Assembly (NCBI GenBank): GCA_964647855.1
Contig: CAZYJW010000001.1
Location: 357,200-421,199, forward strand
DNA length: 64,000 bases
From: Candidatus Micrarchaeota archaeon
GTDB taxonomy: Archaea > Micrarchaeota > Micrarchaeia > Anstonellales > Bilamarchaeaceae
Reading direction: 5' to 3'
Positions 21,693 through 30,541 of the stretch are shown here, one piece after another. The position numbers and the translations under genes are program-made. The notes under the pieces are model-generated. The model was not told the DNA's origin and made no database searches. It saw only the letters and a list, made by a program, of their open reading frames with translations. Numbering within the stretch: the first letter of the stretch is position 1; every line of letters begins with the position of its first letter.

Positions 21693-22655
21693 TCACATCT
21701 CCCTCGCGTACTTCGAGGCGAGCAGAAGATAACCGTCCATCCGCTCCCTGCTCTGGCCCCCCGCGCCCTGCTCCAGCTCGATCGCCGCAATCTTGGCGCG
21801 CACGTTGGCACGGTAGCACTTGTATAGCGGAAGCAGGCGCCGCGCATCAGTGTCCCCGCTTCGGGAGACGTATTCCTCCACGAAGGCGCGCGAGAGGTCC
21901 TCCCTTCCGGAATGGTCAAGGTCCATCGCCATGAACGCTATGTCGCTCGCCACGTCAATCCTCCTGAAATCGGGGCTGAACTCGATGCAGTCTATTATCC
22001 TGATTCCGTCCTCTAGGAAAATGTTGCCGCAATGCAGGTCCCCGTGGCAGTCCCTAACGAACCCCTCCGCCACCCTGGCCTCCATGAGGCCCCGGTTCCT
22101 CCGTATCCACGCCTCCGAAGCCGCGAGAATCCCGTCCGACCACCTTCCCAGCCCGGATGCGCGCTCGATTGTCCCGCGATGCGCCCCGAGGTCGGCGATC
22201 TGGCCCCAGACAAGCCCGGGGGAGCCGTACTGCCCGCGGACCGGCTCCGCATCGGAATGGAAATCAGCGACCATGCGCGCTATCCCCCTCACTAGCCCCT
22301 CGTCCACGCGGCCCGCGGCGAGCATGCGGTCCATCTTCCTCCCCTCGTCGAGCCGCCTCATCCTGACGGCATGGTCTATGGTTTCTCCGGCCCCCCCGAT
22401 GGACACCCTCCCGCCCTCGGCGGTCACCGGGACGACGCCGAGATAGACATCGGGCGAGAGCCTCCGGTTGAGCCTCACCTCCTCATGGCAGAAATGCATC
22501 CTCAGCTCGGGCGTTGAGAAATCAAGGAAGGAGAGCTTCAGCGGCTTCTTTATCTTATGGACCTCGCCCCTCCCGAGCAGGAGCCATGAGATGTGCGTCT
22601 CTATCAGCCCTGCGCCGCTCTCCTCCGCCAGCCGCCTTATCTGGTCGCCGTCCAT
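21693..22655 (-). CDS. Aminoglycoside phosphotransferase-like kinase
   Basis: ETHISW, KIKKP..FLDFS, EVRLNRRL, CHGDLHCGNI, DCIEF and YRANVRAK. Confidence 0.9.
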   Translation of the reverse strand: MDGDQIRRLAEESGAGLIETHISWLLLGRGEVHKIKKPLKLSFLDFSTPELRMHFCHEEVRLNRRLSPDVYLGVVPVTAEGGRVSIGGAGETIDHAVRMRRLDEGRKMDRMLAAGRVDEGLVRGIARMVADFHSDAEPVRGQYGSPGLVWGQIADLGAHRGTIERASGLGRWSDGILAASEAWIRRNRGLMEARVAEGFVRDCHGDLHCGNIFLEDGIRIIDCIEFSPDFRRIDVASDIAFMAMDLDHSGREDLSRAFVEEYVSRSGDTDARRLLPLYKCYRANVRAKIAAIELEQGAGGQSRERMDGYLLLASKYAREM

Positions 22656-22656
22656 C

Positions 22657-23151
22657 CTACCTACCCACGTACTCCATCACAAGCCTCACCTTGTCGCGCT
22701 CCGGGAGCATCGAGTCGACGACAAGATGCCTTTCTGCGGGCCCTTCGAACTCCTCCCTTATCCTGAGGTAGACTCCGAAATCGGCGTCGCTCGGCCCGCC
22801 CTTCCTCCGCCTTCCCAGCCTTTTCCTGACCTCCCCCTCCGGAAGGACCGTCTTGACAATGAACGCCCCGGTGCCGGATTCGGAAGCCAGGGCCATGAAC
22901 CGCCTTCTTTGCGCCTCGCGCTGGAACGTCGCGTCCGCGACCGCGTCCCTGCCAGCCGAGATGGCGCCCCTTGCATCATCCGCCATGGCGCAATACACCG
23001 CCTCCTTCTCCGCCTCGCTGTATTGCGGCCTTGGGAAAAGCCGCTTCCTGATGAGGTCGCTGCTTATGTGCGCTGCCGGAAGCGCCCTGCATAGGGATTT
23101 CGCGAGGGTGGTCTTCCCGCTCCCGGGAAGCCCGCATATAATTATAAGCAT
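22657..23151 (-). CDS. AAA_33/gluconate-kinase-like P-loop kinase
   Basis: GLPGSGKTT Walker A, SSDLIRKRL, DATF and SDAD. Confidence 0.9.
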   Translation of the reverse strand: MLIIICGLPGSGKTTLAKSLCRALPAAHISSDLIRKRLFPRPQYSEAEKEAVYCAMADDARGAISAGRDAVADATFQREAQRRRFMALASESGTGAFIVKTVLPEGEVRKRLGRRRKGGPSDADFGVYLRIREEFEGPAERHLVVDSMLPERDKVRLVMEYVGR

Positions 23152-23203
23152 GGAGCCTAATACCCCTATCATCTTTATTAACCGAGTTTTCATAGGTGGT
23201 GAA

Positions 23204-24418
23204 ATGGCTGAGGAATTCGATGTCATAGTCATAGGCGCCGGGCCGTCCGGCTCTTCTGCGACAGCATTTCTTTCAAAGGCGGGGCGCAAGGTCCTGCTCC
23301 TTGACCGGGCGAAATTCCCGCGCGAGAAGGTCTGCGGGGACGGGATAAGCGGCCGCTCGGTCGGCATACTCCGCGAGATGGGGCTCCTAGATTCCTTCAA
23401 GGATTTCGAGCACCAGGACATGTTCGGCGTGACATTCTCCTCCCCAAACGGCACCGTGGCACCCATCCCTTCGGCATCGGGAGCCGGGGCGCCGGGCTTC
23501 GTGTGCAGGCGCGAGGTGTTCGACAACGTCCTTTTCCAGCACGCCAAGTCGCTTGCTGCAAAAACCATCGAGGGCTTCTTCGCCACCGACCTCCTGATGG
23601 ATGGCGGGAAAGTGGTCGGCGTCAGGGGCAACGGGCCCGACGGCGAGGCCGAGTTCCGCGCCAAGGTGGTCGTCGGCGCGGACGGAGCCGCGGGCCTCAC
23701 CGCGAGGAAGCTCGGCGCCCACAACACGGACGAGAGGCACCAGCATGCCGGCATACGCTGCTACTACGAGGGCGTGGAGGGGATGGGGGACAAGATAGAG
23801 CTCCATTTCGTCGACAGCGCCGTCCCGGGCTATTTCTGGATTTTCCCGCTTCCAGACAAGAAGGCGAACGTCGGCCTCTGCATGGTCGTATCCGACATGA
23901 AGAAGCGCAGGGCGAACCTGCAGACGATAATGAAGGGCATAATCGAGAAGCACCCCGCCTTCAGGCCCCGCTTCCAAAACGCAAAACGCGCAACCGAAAT
24001 AAAGAGCTGGCTACTGCCGCTCGCGTCCAAGCGCGTCAGGGTGTCCGGCGACGGCTATGTCCTGGTGGGCGACGCGGCATCTCTCATCGACCCGTTCACT
24101 GGCGAGGGCATAGGGAACGCCCTCACAAGCGGCATGGTCGCAGCAAGGGCGATAAACGCGGCATTCGGGAAGAACGATTTCTCCGCGAAAGAGCTTTCGT
24201 CGTACGACCGCGCCCTCTGGTCCATGATAGGGGGCGAGATAGGGACCAGCCACCGCATGCAGAAGATGGCGAACAGCAGGTTCCTGATGAACCTAATCAT
24301 CGGCAAGGCCAAGCGCAGCAAGGAGGTCCGGGGCGTCATCAGCGACGCGATCCTGAACCCCACCAGCCACAAGACGCTGATTGACCCGCTTTTCATACTC
24401 CGCGCGCTGCTCGCGTAG
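23204..24418 (+). CDS. Geranylgeranyl reductase family flavoprotein
   Basis: GAGPSGS, FPREKVCGDG, GADG, GYFWIFP and GDAASLIDPFTGEGI. Confidence 0.92.
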   Translation: MAEEFDVIVIGAGPSGSSATAFLSKAGRKVLLLDRAKFPREKVCGDGISGRSVGILREMGLLDSFKDFEHQDMFGVTFSSPNGTVAPIPSASGAGAPGFVCRREVFDNVLFQHAKSLAAKTIEGFFATDLLMDGGKVVGVRGNGPDGEAEFRAKVVVGADGAAGLTARKLGAHNTDERHQHAGIRCYYEGVEGMGDKIELHFVDSAVPGYFWIFPLPDKKANVGLCMVVSDMKKRRANLQTIMKGIIEKHPAFRPRFQNAKRATEIKSWLLPLASKRVRVSGDGYVLVGDAASLIDPFTGEGIGNALTSGMVAARAINAAFGKNDFSAKELSSYDRALWSMIGGEIGTSHRMQKMANSRFLMNLIIGKAKRSKEVRGVISDAILNPTSHKTLIDPLFILRALLA

Positions 24419-24461
24419 GCTGCGGGGCGGTTTTTTTATTGCTTCCCCCCCAATCCAAGCC

Positions 24462-25805
24462 ATGGAAAGGTTCGATTTGATAGTAGTGGGGGCCGGCTCC
24501 GGGCTCGAGGTCGCCGCATCGGCCGCCGCAGCGGGAAAATCCGTCGCCGTGGTGGAGGAGGGCCCGATGGGTGGGACATGCCTCAACCGCGGGTGCATCC
24601 CGACCAAGATTCTCATACACTGCGCGGACGTGGCGCAGATTGTGAGGAAGGCCGCCGCGTTCGGGATTAAGGTCCCGAAGCACTCGACAGACTTCAGGAA
24701 GGCGATGGCGCGGGCGAAGGTCGTTGACAAGGAGGCTGCCGAGATAGAGGCAAGCCTGCGGAAATCCAAGAACATCAAGCTCTTCAAGGCAAGGGGGGAG
24801 TTCATCGGCCCGAAGGCGCTGCGCGCGGGCAAGGCGGAAATGACCGCCGAGAAAATCGTGATAGCCGCGGGAACGCGCCCCTCGGTGCCGCGCATTGAGG
24901 GGCTGGACGGCGTACCGTTCATCACCAGCGACGGCGCCCTGAGGCTCACCCGGCTGCCCAAGAAGCTGATTATTGTGGGCGGGGGGTACATCGCCTGCGA
25001 GCTCGCGCACTTCTTCGGCTCGATGGGCTCGCAGATAACGATACTCCAGCGCAACGTCCGCCTGCTCCCGGACGAGGACGCGGAGCTATCGGAAAGGTTC
25101 ACGGAGCTGTTTTCCAAGCAATACGACGTCCGGCTCTCGTTCGCGGTGAAGAAGGCCGAGGCGTCCGGGGGCACGATACGCGTGTCCAACGCGGAGGGCG
25201 AAGCCGTGGAGGGCACGGACCTGCTAATAGCCACGGGCAGGGTGCCGAACGCCGACACACTGCAGGCCGCCAAGGCGGGCATCGAAACCGACGCACACGG
25301 TTTCATAAAGGTGAACGAGTTCATGGAGACGAACGTTCCCGGCATATGGGCTTTGGGGGACATCGCCGGCAAATACCTCTTCAAGCACTCGGCAAACCTG
25401 GAGGCCGAATACGTGACGCTCGCCGTTGTGAGCGGGCACCGGCATCCGGTGGACTATTCCGCCATGCCCCATGCAGTCTTCTCGCGCCCGCAGATTGCCG
25501 GCGTCGGCGCCACAGAGCAGGAGCTGAAGGAGCGCGGCGACGACTATCTGGTCGGAAGGTACAAATATTCAGACACCGGCATGGGGGAGGCGCTCGGGGA
25601 GAAGGACGGGTTCGTGAAGTTCCTGACCGACTACGAGGGCAAAATCCTCGGCTGCCACATCATGGGGCCGGAGGCGTCCACCCTCCTCCACGAGGTCCTC
25701 GTCTCCATGAAGGCCGGCAAGTGCAACATCAGCGACATCACGAACACCGTGCACATCCACCCGTCGCTCAGCGAGGTCGTCCAGCGCGGCGCGGGCTCCG
25801 TCTGA
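24462..25805 (+). CDS. Dihydrolipoamide dehydrogenase-like pyridine nucleotide-disulfide oxidoreductase
   Basis: GGTCLNRGCIPTK redox disulfide, GGGYIACE and HIHPSLSE. Confidence 0.9.
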   Translation: MERFDLIVVGAGSGLEVAASAAAAGKSVAVVEEGPMGGTCLNRGCIPTKILIHCADVAQIVRKAAAFGIKVPKHSTDFRKAMARAKVVDKEAAEIEASLRKSKNIKLFKARGEFIGPKALRAGKAEMTAEKIVIAAGTRPSVPRIEGLDGVPFITSDGALRLTRLPKKLIIVGGGYIACELAHFFGSMGSQITILQRNVRLLPDEDAELSERFTELFSKQYDVRLSFAVKKAEASGGTIRVSNAEGEAVEGTDLLIATGRVPNADTLQAAKAGIETDAHGFIKVNEFMETNVPGIWALGDIAGKYLFKHSANLEAEYVTLAVVSGHRHPVDYSAMPHAVFSRPQIAGVGATEQELKERGDDYLVGRYKYSDTGMGEALGEKDGFVKFLTDYEGKILGCHIMGPEASTLLHEVLVSMKAGKCNISDITNTVHIHPSLSEVVQRGAGSV

Positions 25806-25848
25806 AGGCGGAATCCCCCCGGAGCCCGGAAGTGCTTCCGGCCCAGCC

Positions 25849-26229
25849 TCATTGGATATGCTCTTCCATCGGCCTCATTCCGCTCAGCCAGAAGTCCTTC
25901 GCCGCGGAGGCTATGCGGAAATGCGCGGCCTCGTGGTATTCGGGATTGTAGAAGACGATTTCCATGCCGCTGTCGATGCACTTCAGGAGGCCCTCCCCGT
26001 CGACCGTGATGCTCAGGATTCCCGGCTCTCCCCGGTCGCGCTCAGCCTTCTTCCTGTCCGTGCTCTCGAGGCCGAGCATTATCGAGCTGCCCCCGTCGTA
26101 GAACAGCCTGAGCAGGACCCTGCCCTTCGTGCAGATGGCCTCATAGGCTCCGGGGTCGGCGTTGAGCACGACCTTCCTCTGCGCATTCTGCCCCTGTTCC
26201 CTCCAGCCTGACTGCTTCTGGCGCTGCAT
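25849..26229 (-). CDS. Hypothetical protein
   Basis: ORF with a TATAAA box upstream (26262-26270) and typical codon usage. Confidence 0.6.
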   Translation of the reverse strand: MQRQKQSGWREQGQNAQRKVVLNADPGAYEAICTKGRVLLRLFYDGGSSIMLGLESTDRKKAERDRGEPGILSITVDGEGLLKCIDSGMEIVFYNPEYHEAAHFRIASAAKDFWLSGMRPMEEHIQ

Positions 26230-26307
26230 TTCAATTCCCGCAGCATAGATGCGGGGCAGGGTTTATATTATTAGTGGTAAAAAGAGGTCGAGAGAGTTAT
26301 TATAATA

Positions 26308-26429
26308 TCCCGTCGGCCTGATTTGAACAAGCAACCTGCCGGTATCTACTGTTTGCAGTAGGTTCAACTCGTAAAAAAACGAGCTAATCAAAGCTACAGC
26401 CGGCCGCTCTACCGTTGAGCTACGACGGG
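26308..26429 (-). tRNA. tRNA-Tyr(GUA) with a 50-nt intron at 37/38 (26344..26393)
   Basis: Acceptor CCCGTCG/CGACGGG+A (C1-G72, archaeal Tyr), D arm GCTC/GAGC, anticodon arm GCCGG-CTGTAG^A-CCGGC, T loop TTCAAAT. Confidence 0.93.
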
Positions 26430-26510
26430 AATCCGGCGCAAGGCGACGCGCACCGCGCACCGAGGATATATCTCACTCTCGGAAGTCCTTAAAAATCTGC
26501 TTATGCCCCC

Positions 26511-27212
26511 TCACATCCTTTCGATGCCCGGGACGATGTGGAGCTTGGGGCCGTACCATCCTGCGAGGGCGTCCACCATCTCCGAATACGCCATCCTCAC
26601 CGAAAGGTGGCGGGCGAGCGGGTCGGTGCCGCCTATCGATATGTCCGCCTCGATGTCCCCGAGCCTTCCGAACTGCCTTCCCTTCCTGCCGCGCCTCCGG
26701 CCCTCCGGGCTCTCGACGACAATGTACCTCACACTTTCCGCCGCCCCATGCGGCATGAAGGGGGTGCATGTGCCGTGCATCATCCCGGGCGGCAGGTCCG
26801 GCGCGATTTCGAGCGAGCAGCCGTCGTAATCCTCGGGCAGGAGGCCCGACATACGGATTTTCCGCGGTCCGCTTGCGGCTATCACGAACATGTCCCCGCA
26901 ATACCGCTCCCTTGCGCAGACCGCCTTGATGACGCTCTCGGGCGGAATCCCCGCGGCCCTCGCCTTATCGTCGACGCCGGATGCCGGCACCCCGCTATGC
27001 ATCAGGGATGCACGGCCTTCAATTATCAGCCTTTCGAGGAAATCCATGCCAGCCAGCCTTCCCGGAACGCCAAATTCATCCCATGCCGGGGAACCGGGGG
27101 CGATTTTCCGGACCATGGGGCCTTCCGTGAGCGGGCAGGAAACGCGCGCTCCTGCTGCAGCCCCGCTCGGGGCCGCCTCCATCCTCCGGATGATTCCAGG
27201 CATGTGTCCCAT
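26511..27212 (-). CDS. YbaK/ProX-like aminoacyl-tRNA deacylase domain protein (divergent, with an N-terminal extension)
   Basis: ARAAGIPPESVIKAVCAR (conserved Lys) and GTCTPF (GxxxP loop); start re-chosen downstream of the operator-like repeats. Confidence 0.6.
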   Translation of the reverse strand: MGHMPGIIRRMEAAPSGAAAGARVSCPLTEGPMVRKIAPGSPAWDEFGVPGRLAGMDFLERLIIEGRASLMHSGVPASGVDDKARAAGIPPESVIKAVCARERYCGDMFVIAASGPRKIRMSGLLPEDYDGCSLEIAPDLPPGMMHGTCTPFMPHGAAESVRYIVVESPEGRRRGRKGRQFGRLGDIEADISIGGTDPLARHLSVRMAYSEMVDALAGWYGPKLHIVPGIERM

Positions 27213-27261
27213 GGGGGGTATGGTGTGCTCATGCCCTATTAAAATCCGGTCCCGTATCAGG

Positions 27262-27316
27262 CGGATATTTTCCAAATTATGGCATTATTATTAAGCTTTC
27301 TCCGGATATTATCCAA
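27262..27316. promoter_or_regulatory. Pair of palindromic operator-like boxes CGGATATT(T/A)TCCAA flanking an AT-rich promoter
   Basis: CGGATATTTTCCAA at 27262 and CGGATATTATCCAA at 27303, 41 bp apart, between the divergent YbaK-like and Lrp genes. Confidence 0.65.
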
Positions 27317-27317
27317 C

Positions 27318-27773
27318 ATGGCTTCGGTAAAAATGGATGAAATAGATTACAGCATACTCCATGTCCTGAAAAAGGACGCGAGGAAAACCGTAGCGGAAAT
27401 CTCGCTTCATCTGGGAATCCCGCGGGCGACCGTGCATGAGCGCATCTCGCGCATGCGGAAGTCCGGGGTCATACGGCGCTTCACCCTCGAGGAGGACTAT
27501 TCAAAGACCGGTTTGCCGACGCTATCCTTCGTGTTCGTGGAATACGACAAGGGGGCGCGCACCGACCAGCACGAGGTCGCACGGAAAATCGCCTCCGTTC
27601 CGGGCGTTCTCGGCGTCTATATCATCTCGGGCGAATGGGACATGCTCGTGAAGGTGAGGGGAAGGAGCATCGAAGACATCGGCAGCATCATCATCGAAAA
27701 CATAAGGGCCACGCCAGGCGTCCTCAAGACCTACACGATGGCATGCTTCGAGGTCGCCAAAGACGAGGCATGA
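27318..27773 (+). CDS. Lrp/AsnC family transcriptional regulator
   Basis: MDEIDYSILHVLKKDAR HTH and ISGEWDMLVKV RAM domain. Confidence 0.95.
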   Translation: MASVKMDEIDYSILHVLKKDARKTVAEISLHLGIPRATVHERISRMRKSGVIRRFTLEEDYSKTGLPTLSFVFVEYDKGARTDQHEVARKIASVPGVLGVYIISGEWDMLVKVRGRSIEDIGSIIIENIRATPGVLKTYTMACFEVAKDEA

Positions 27774-27794
27774 ACCCGGGAAACCCGCCCTGTT

Positions 27795-28958
27795 TCATGA
27801 AAGGAACGCCCTCAGCACTTCGATAAGCTCCAGATAGCTCTGCTTCGAGACCCATTCGCCCGACGAGTGCTCGCCGCCGCCGATCGGGCCGAACGAGGCC
27901 ACAGGGACGCCCTGCATGGCAATCAGGTTCTCGTCGGCAACGGACATCCCGTAGTTGTATTGCGCCTGCACCCCGAGCGTGCCCTGGATGCAGCCGGCAA
28001 GGCGCACGACCTCCGGGTTCTCCTGCGGCGTCGCATACGGCATCAGGTAAGGGACTTCGCGGGGCTTCATCCGGACGGTGGTTATGCGCCCGTCTGCCCC
28101 CTTCATCGCCCCCGCCTCGTGTAACGAGCGTACGATTCTTTCTATATCGGCCCCCGCGCTCTCCGCATCCTCCGGAGGGACGAGATGCCTGTCCACGAGC
28201 AGCCTCGCGGAATCCGGAAGCGACAGCGATTCGCTCTCCGAATGGAACGAGCGAACGAACATGTGCCCCCTTCCGAGCTGCGGATGCGCGGGCAGGCCTG
28301 CGTTCGCCTCATCCAGTCCTATGGCGAGCCGCGCGGCCTCCGTGACCGCCGAAACGCCGCGCTCCGCATGAGCCGCATGGAAGCTTTGCCCCGGGACCTC
28401 GAGCTCATACTGGGCCCTGCCCCTGCGGCCGAGCGTAATCGTGCGTGTGCTTTCGGAGATGTCGTTCACGTCTGAAATCTCGGTTGCGAGCGCGAAGCGC
28501 ACCCCTTCCAGGAACCCGCTTTTCACCGCCTCGTGGCATCCGCGCGAGTCCGCCTCCTCGTCGCTCACGAACATGATTTTCAGCGGCCTGCGGTTTTGCA
28601 CCTCCGAGACCGTCCGCAGGATTGCCGCCAGCCCCGCCTTCATGTCGTAGGCTCCAAGGCCATAGAGCCTGCCGTCCCTCTCCTCGAGAGAGAACGGGTC
28701 CCGTCCGGCCTCTTCGTACCCATACGGCGGCACGGTGTCCATATGCCCGTAAAGGAGCAGGGGCGCATCCCCCTCCCCCCTAGTAGCAAGAACGTTGAGC
28801 CTTTCTTGGCCTCCTGCACGGAACCCCTGCATCTCGACGGAGAAGCCCGCCCTTTCCAGTTCGCCCGCAAGGAAGTGCGCGAGCTCCGCCTCGCCCGGGA
28901 ACACGGAATCAACAGAGACAATCTTCCGGAGGAGTCGGACGGCATCGGTCATCAGCAT
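27795..28958 (-). CDS. M20 family metallohydrolase (ArgE/DapE/YodQ-like)
   Basis: GHMDTVP, GLGAYDMKAG, DEE, HAA and GGEHSSGE. Confidence 0.92.
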   Translation of the reverse strand: MLMTDAVRLLRKIVSVDSVFPGEAELAHFLAGELERAGFSVEMQGFRAGGQERLNVLATRGEGDAPLLLYGHMDTVPPYGYEEAGRDPFSLEERDGRLYGLGAYDMKAGLAAILRTVSEVQNRRPLKIMFVSDEEADSRGCHEAVKSGFLEGVRFALATEISDVNDISESTRTITLGRRGRAQYELEVPGQSFHAAHAERGVSAVTEAARLAIGLDEANAGLPAHPQLGRGHMFVRSFHSESESLSLPDSARLLVDRHLVPPEDAESAGADIERIVRSLHEAGAMKGADGRITTVRMKPREVPYLMPYATPQENPEVVRLAGCIQGTLGVQAQYNYGMSVADENLIAMQGVPVASFGPIGGGEHSSGEWVSKQSYLELIEVLRAFLS

Positions 28959-29950
28959 CCCGTCCCGGTGCGCCCGGGCACATGCGCCCAGACGTTGAGG
29001 TTCTCGAGCCTGCCCTGTTCCCCGAAATCCCTGTCGCTCACAATGACGCAGTGCTGGAGCAGCGTGCCGCAGTAGTCCATGCCCGCCCTCTGCGACGAGC
29101 GGTTCACTGCGGTCCAAGCAGCCCTGTCCTCCGCGTATATTATCGCGCCCTCCCCGTAGGCATCCCTTATCGCGCGTATCGCCTCCATCTGCATGAGCGT
29201 GATCAGCCCCATGCCGCGGTGCGCCCTGAAAGTCGCGAAATCGCTCAGCTCGAAAAGGTGGACCGTGCGCCCGCCCTCCATATCAAGGGCGACATGCTCG
29301 GCAACGAGCGAGGAGACCACGCCGGACCCGGAATCCCTGCCGACAATCACTATGTTACCGTTGCTGAGCATGTCACGGATGGTCTGGGGGCTGAGCTGGA
29401 AGGTGTACTCCTGGTACGCCTCGGCGTAAAGCTCCACGAGGCGCGGGATTTCGCCCATCCCGTTCCCGTTCAGGCGGGAAAGGGAATATCCGTTCGATTC
29501 GATTCGCCTCATGGCTTCGAGGAGGCCGGTCCTGGGGAGGGCGCTCATCCGGGCGACGCTTTCAAGCTCGCTTCCGAGCACTTCGGCGGGCGGCATCCGC
29601 GATTCGGCGTTCCTTCCGAAATAGACGAGGTCGTGGCCCGGGACCGCGTTCGAGGCGTCGAAACTGGCCTCGACCGGATAGGGCGACTCGGCGCGCAGGC
29701 CCTCGACGAGCCCGCTTCGGACGAACGCCCTGATTGTGGTCCTTGTCGCCTGCGGGAATCCGGACTCCACCGATTGCACGGCTGAAAAGGCCCCTCTCGC
29801 CTCCTCGAACGAGCCCACGGTTCCGTTGAAGAACCCCTTCACCCTGTTGTTGTGCCGGTCGTACCTGGGCGGCCAGGATGCGCCCACCGAGCCCGCTTTT
29901 TCATGCGATGATTGAAGCAATGCCATGCTATCCCTGCGATATGGCGGCAT
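28952..29950 (-). CDS. GNAT acetyltransferase of the beta-lysine N-acetyltransferase (AblB/YodP) type
   Basis: DRHNNRVK near the N-terminus, ELSDFATFRAHRGMGL, YCGTL and C-terminal LENLNVW; start may be 29926. Confidence 0.75.
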   Translation of the reverse strand: MPPYRRDSMALLQSSHEKAGSVGASWPPRYDRHNNRVKGFFNGTVGSFEEARGAFSAVQSVESGFPQATRTTIRAFVRSGLVEGLRAESPYPVEASFDASNAVPGHDLVYFGRNAESRMPPAEVLGSELESVARMSALPRTGLLEAMRRIESNGYSLSRLNGNGMGEIPRLVELYAEAYQEYTFQLSPQTIRDMLSNGNIVIVGRDSGSGVVSSLVAEHVALDMEGGRTVHLFELSDFATFRAHRGMGLITLMQMEAIRAIRDAYGEGAIIYAEDRAAWTAVNRSSQRAGMDYCGTLLQHCVIVSDRDFGEQGRLENLNVWAHVPGRTGTGC

Positions 29951-30110
29951 CTGCGCCGCTCGATATCCATTTACGTGTTCCGAACAATATTTAAATATAT
30001 CGTAAAATTTTTGCGAACAACGCACAAAACATAGCAACTTTTTTCGTATATCGTAATCAAATTCTGCCAACGCGCCGAATCTTTATTATCCTTGTGCAAG
30101 TTAAGCGTTC

Positions 30111-30521
30111 ATGAAACTCGACGCCCTCGATGAACGCATAATCGAGATGCTGAAAATCGACGCCCGCTCGAGCAACGTGGCGATGGCAAGGGGCCTCGGA
30201 ATCACCGAGGGAGCGGTGCGCTGGCGCATCAGGAGGATGGTCGAAAACGGCACAATCCGCCGATTCACCGTGGACGTCTCCAAAGACGCCACGACATTCG
30301 CGGTGCTGATGCTGAAGGCGAAGGGCGAGACGAAGCGGATGATGGCCGCCGTCGCCGCCCTGCGACTTCACCGCGACGCCTACGAGATTTCCGGGGAATA
30401 CGACGGATGCGTCATTCTGGAGGGGCCCTCGGTCGAGGAGATAGACCGGAAGATAGACGCGATAAGGAAATGCCCCGAGGTGGCCGACACGAGGACGTTC
30501 GTCTCGTTCGGCAGGTACTAA
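30111..30521 (+). CDS. Lrp/AsnC family transcriptional regulator
   Basis: LDALDERIIEMLKIDAR...TEGAVRWRIRRM and EISGEYD. Confidence 0.93.
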   Translation: MKLDALDERIIEMLKIDARSSNVAMARGLGITEGAVRWRIRRMVENGTIRRFTVDVSKDATTFAVLMLKAKGETKRMMAAVAALRLHRDAYEISGEYDGCVILEGPSVEEIDRKIDAIRKCPEVADTRTFVSFGRY

Positions 30522-30541
30522 GGCCCCCGCAACCCCGGCCC

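Noticed and set aside
22657..24418. Long N-terminal extensions in track ORFs 22657..23754 and 22853..24418
   Set aside because: The extensions overlap real genes on the opposite strand; the likely starts are 23151 and 23204.
26308..30521. Integrative element at tRNA-Tyr
   Set aside because: No integrase and no duplicated tRNA end seen, and the cassette lies on the tRNA 5' side.
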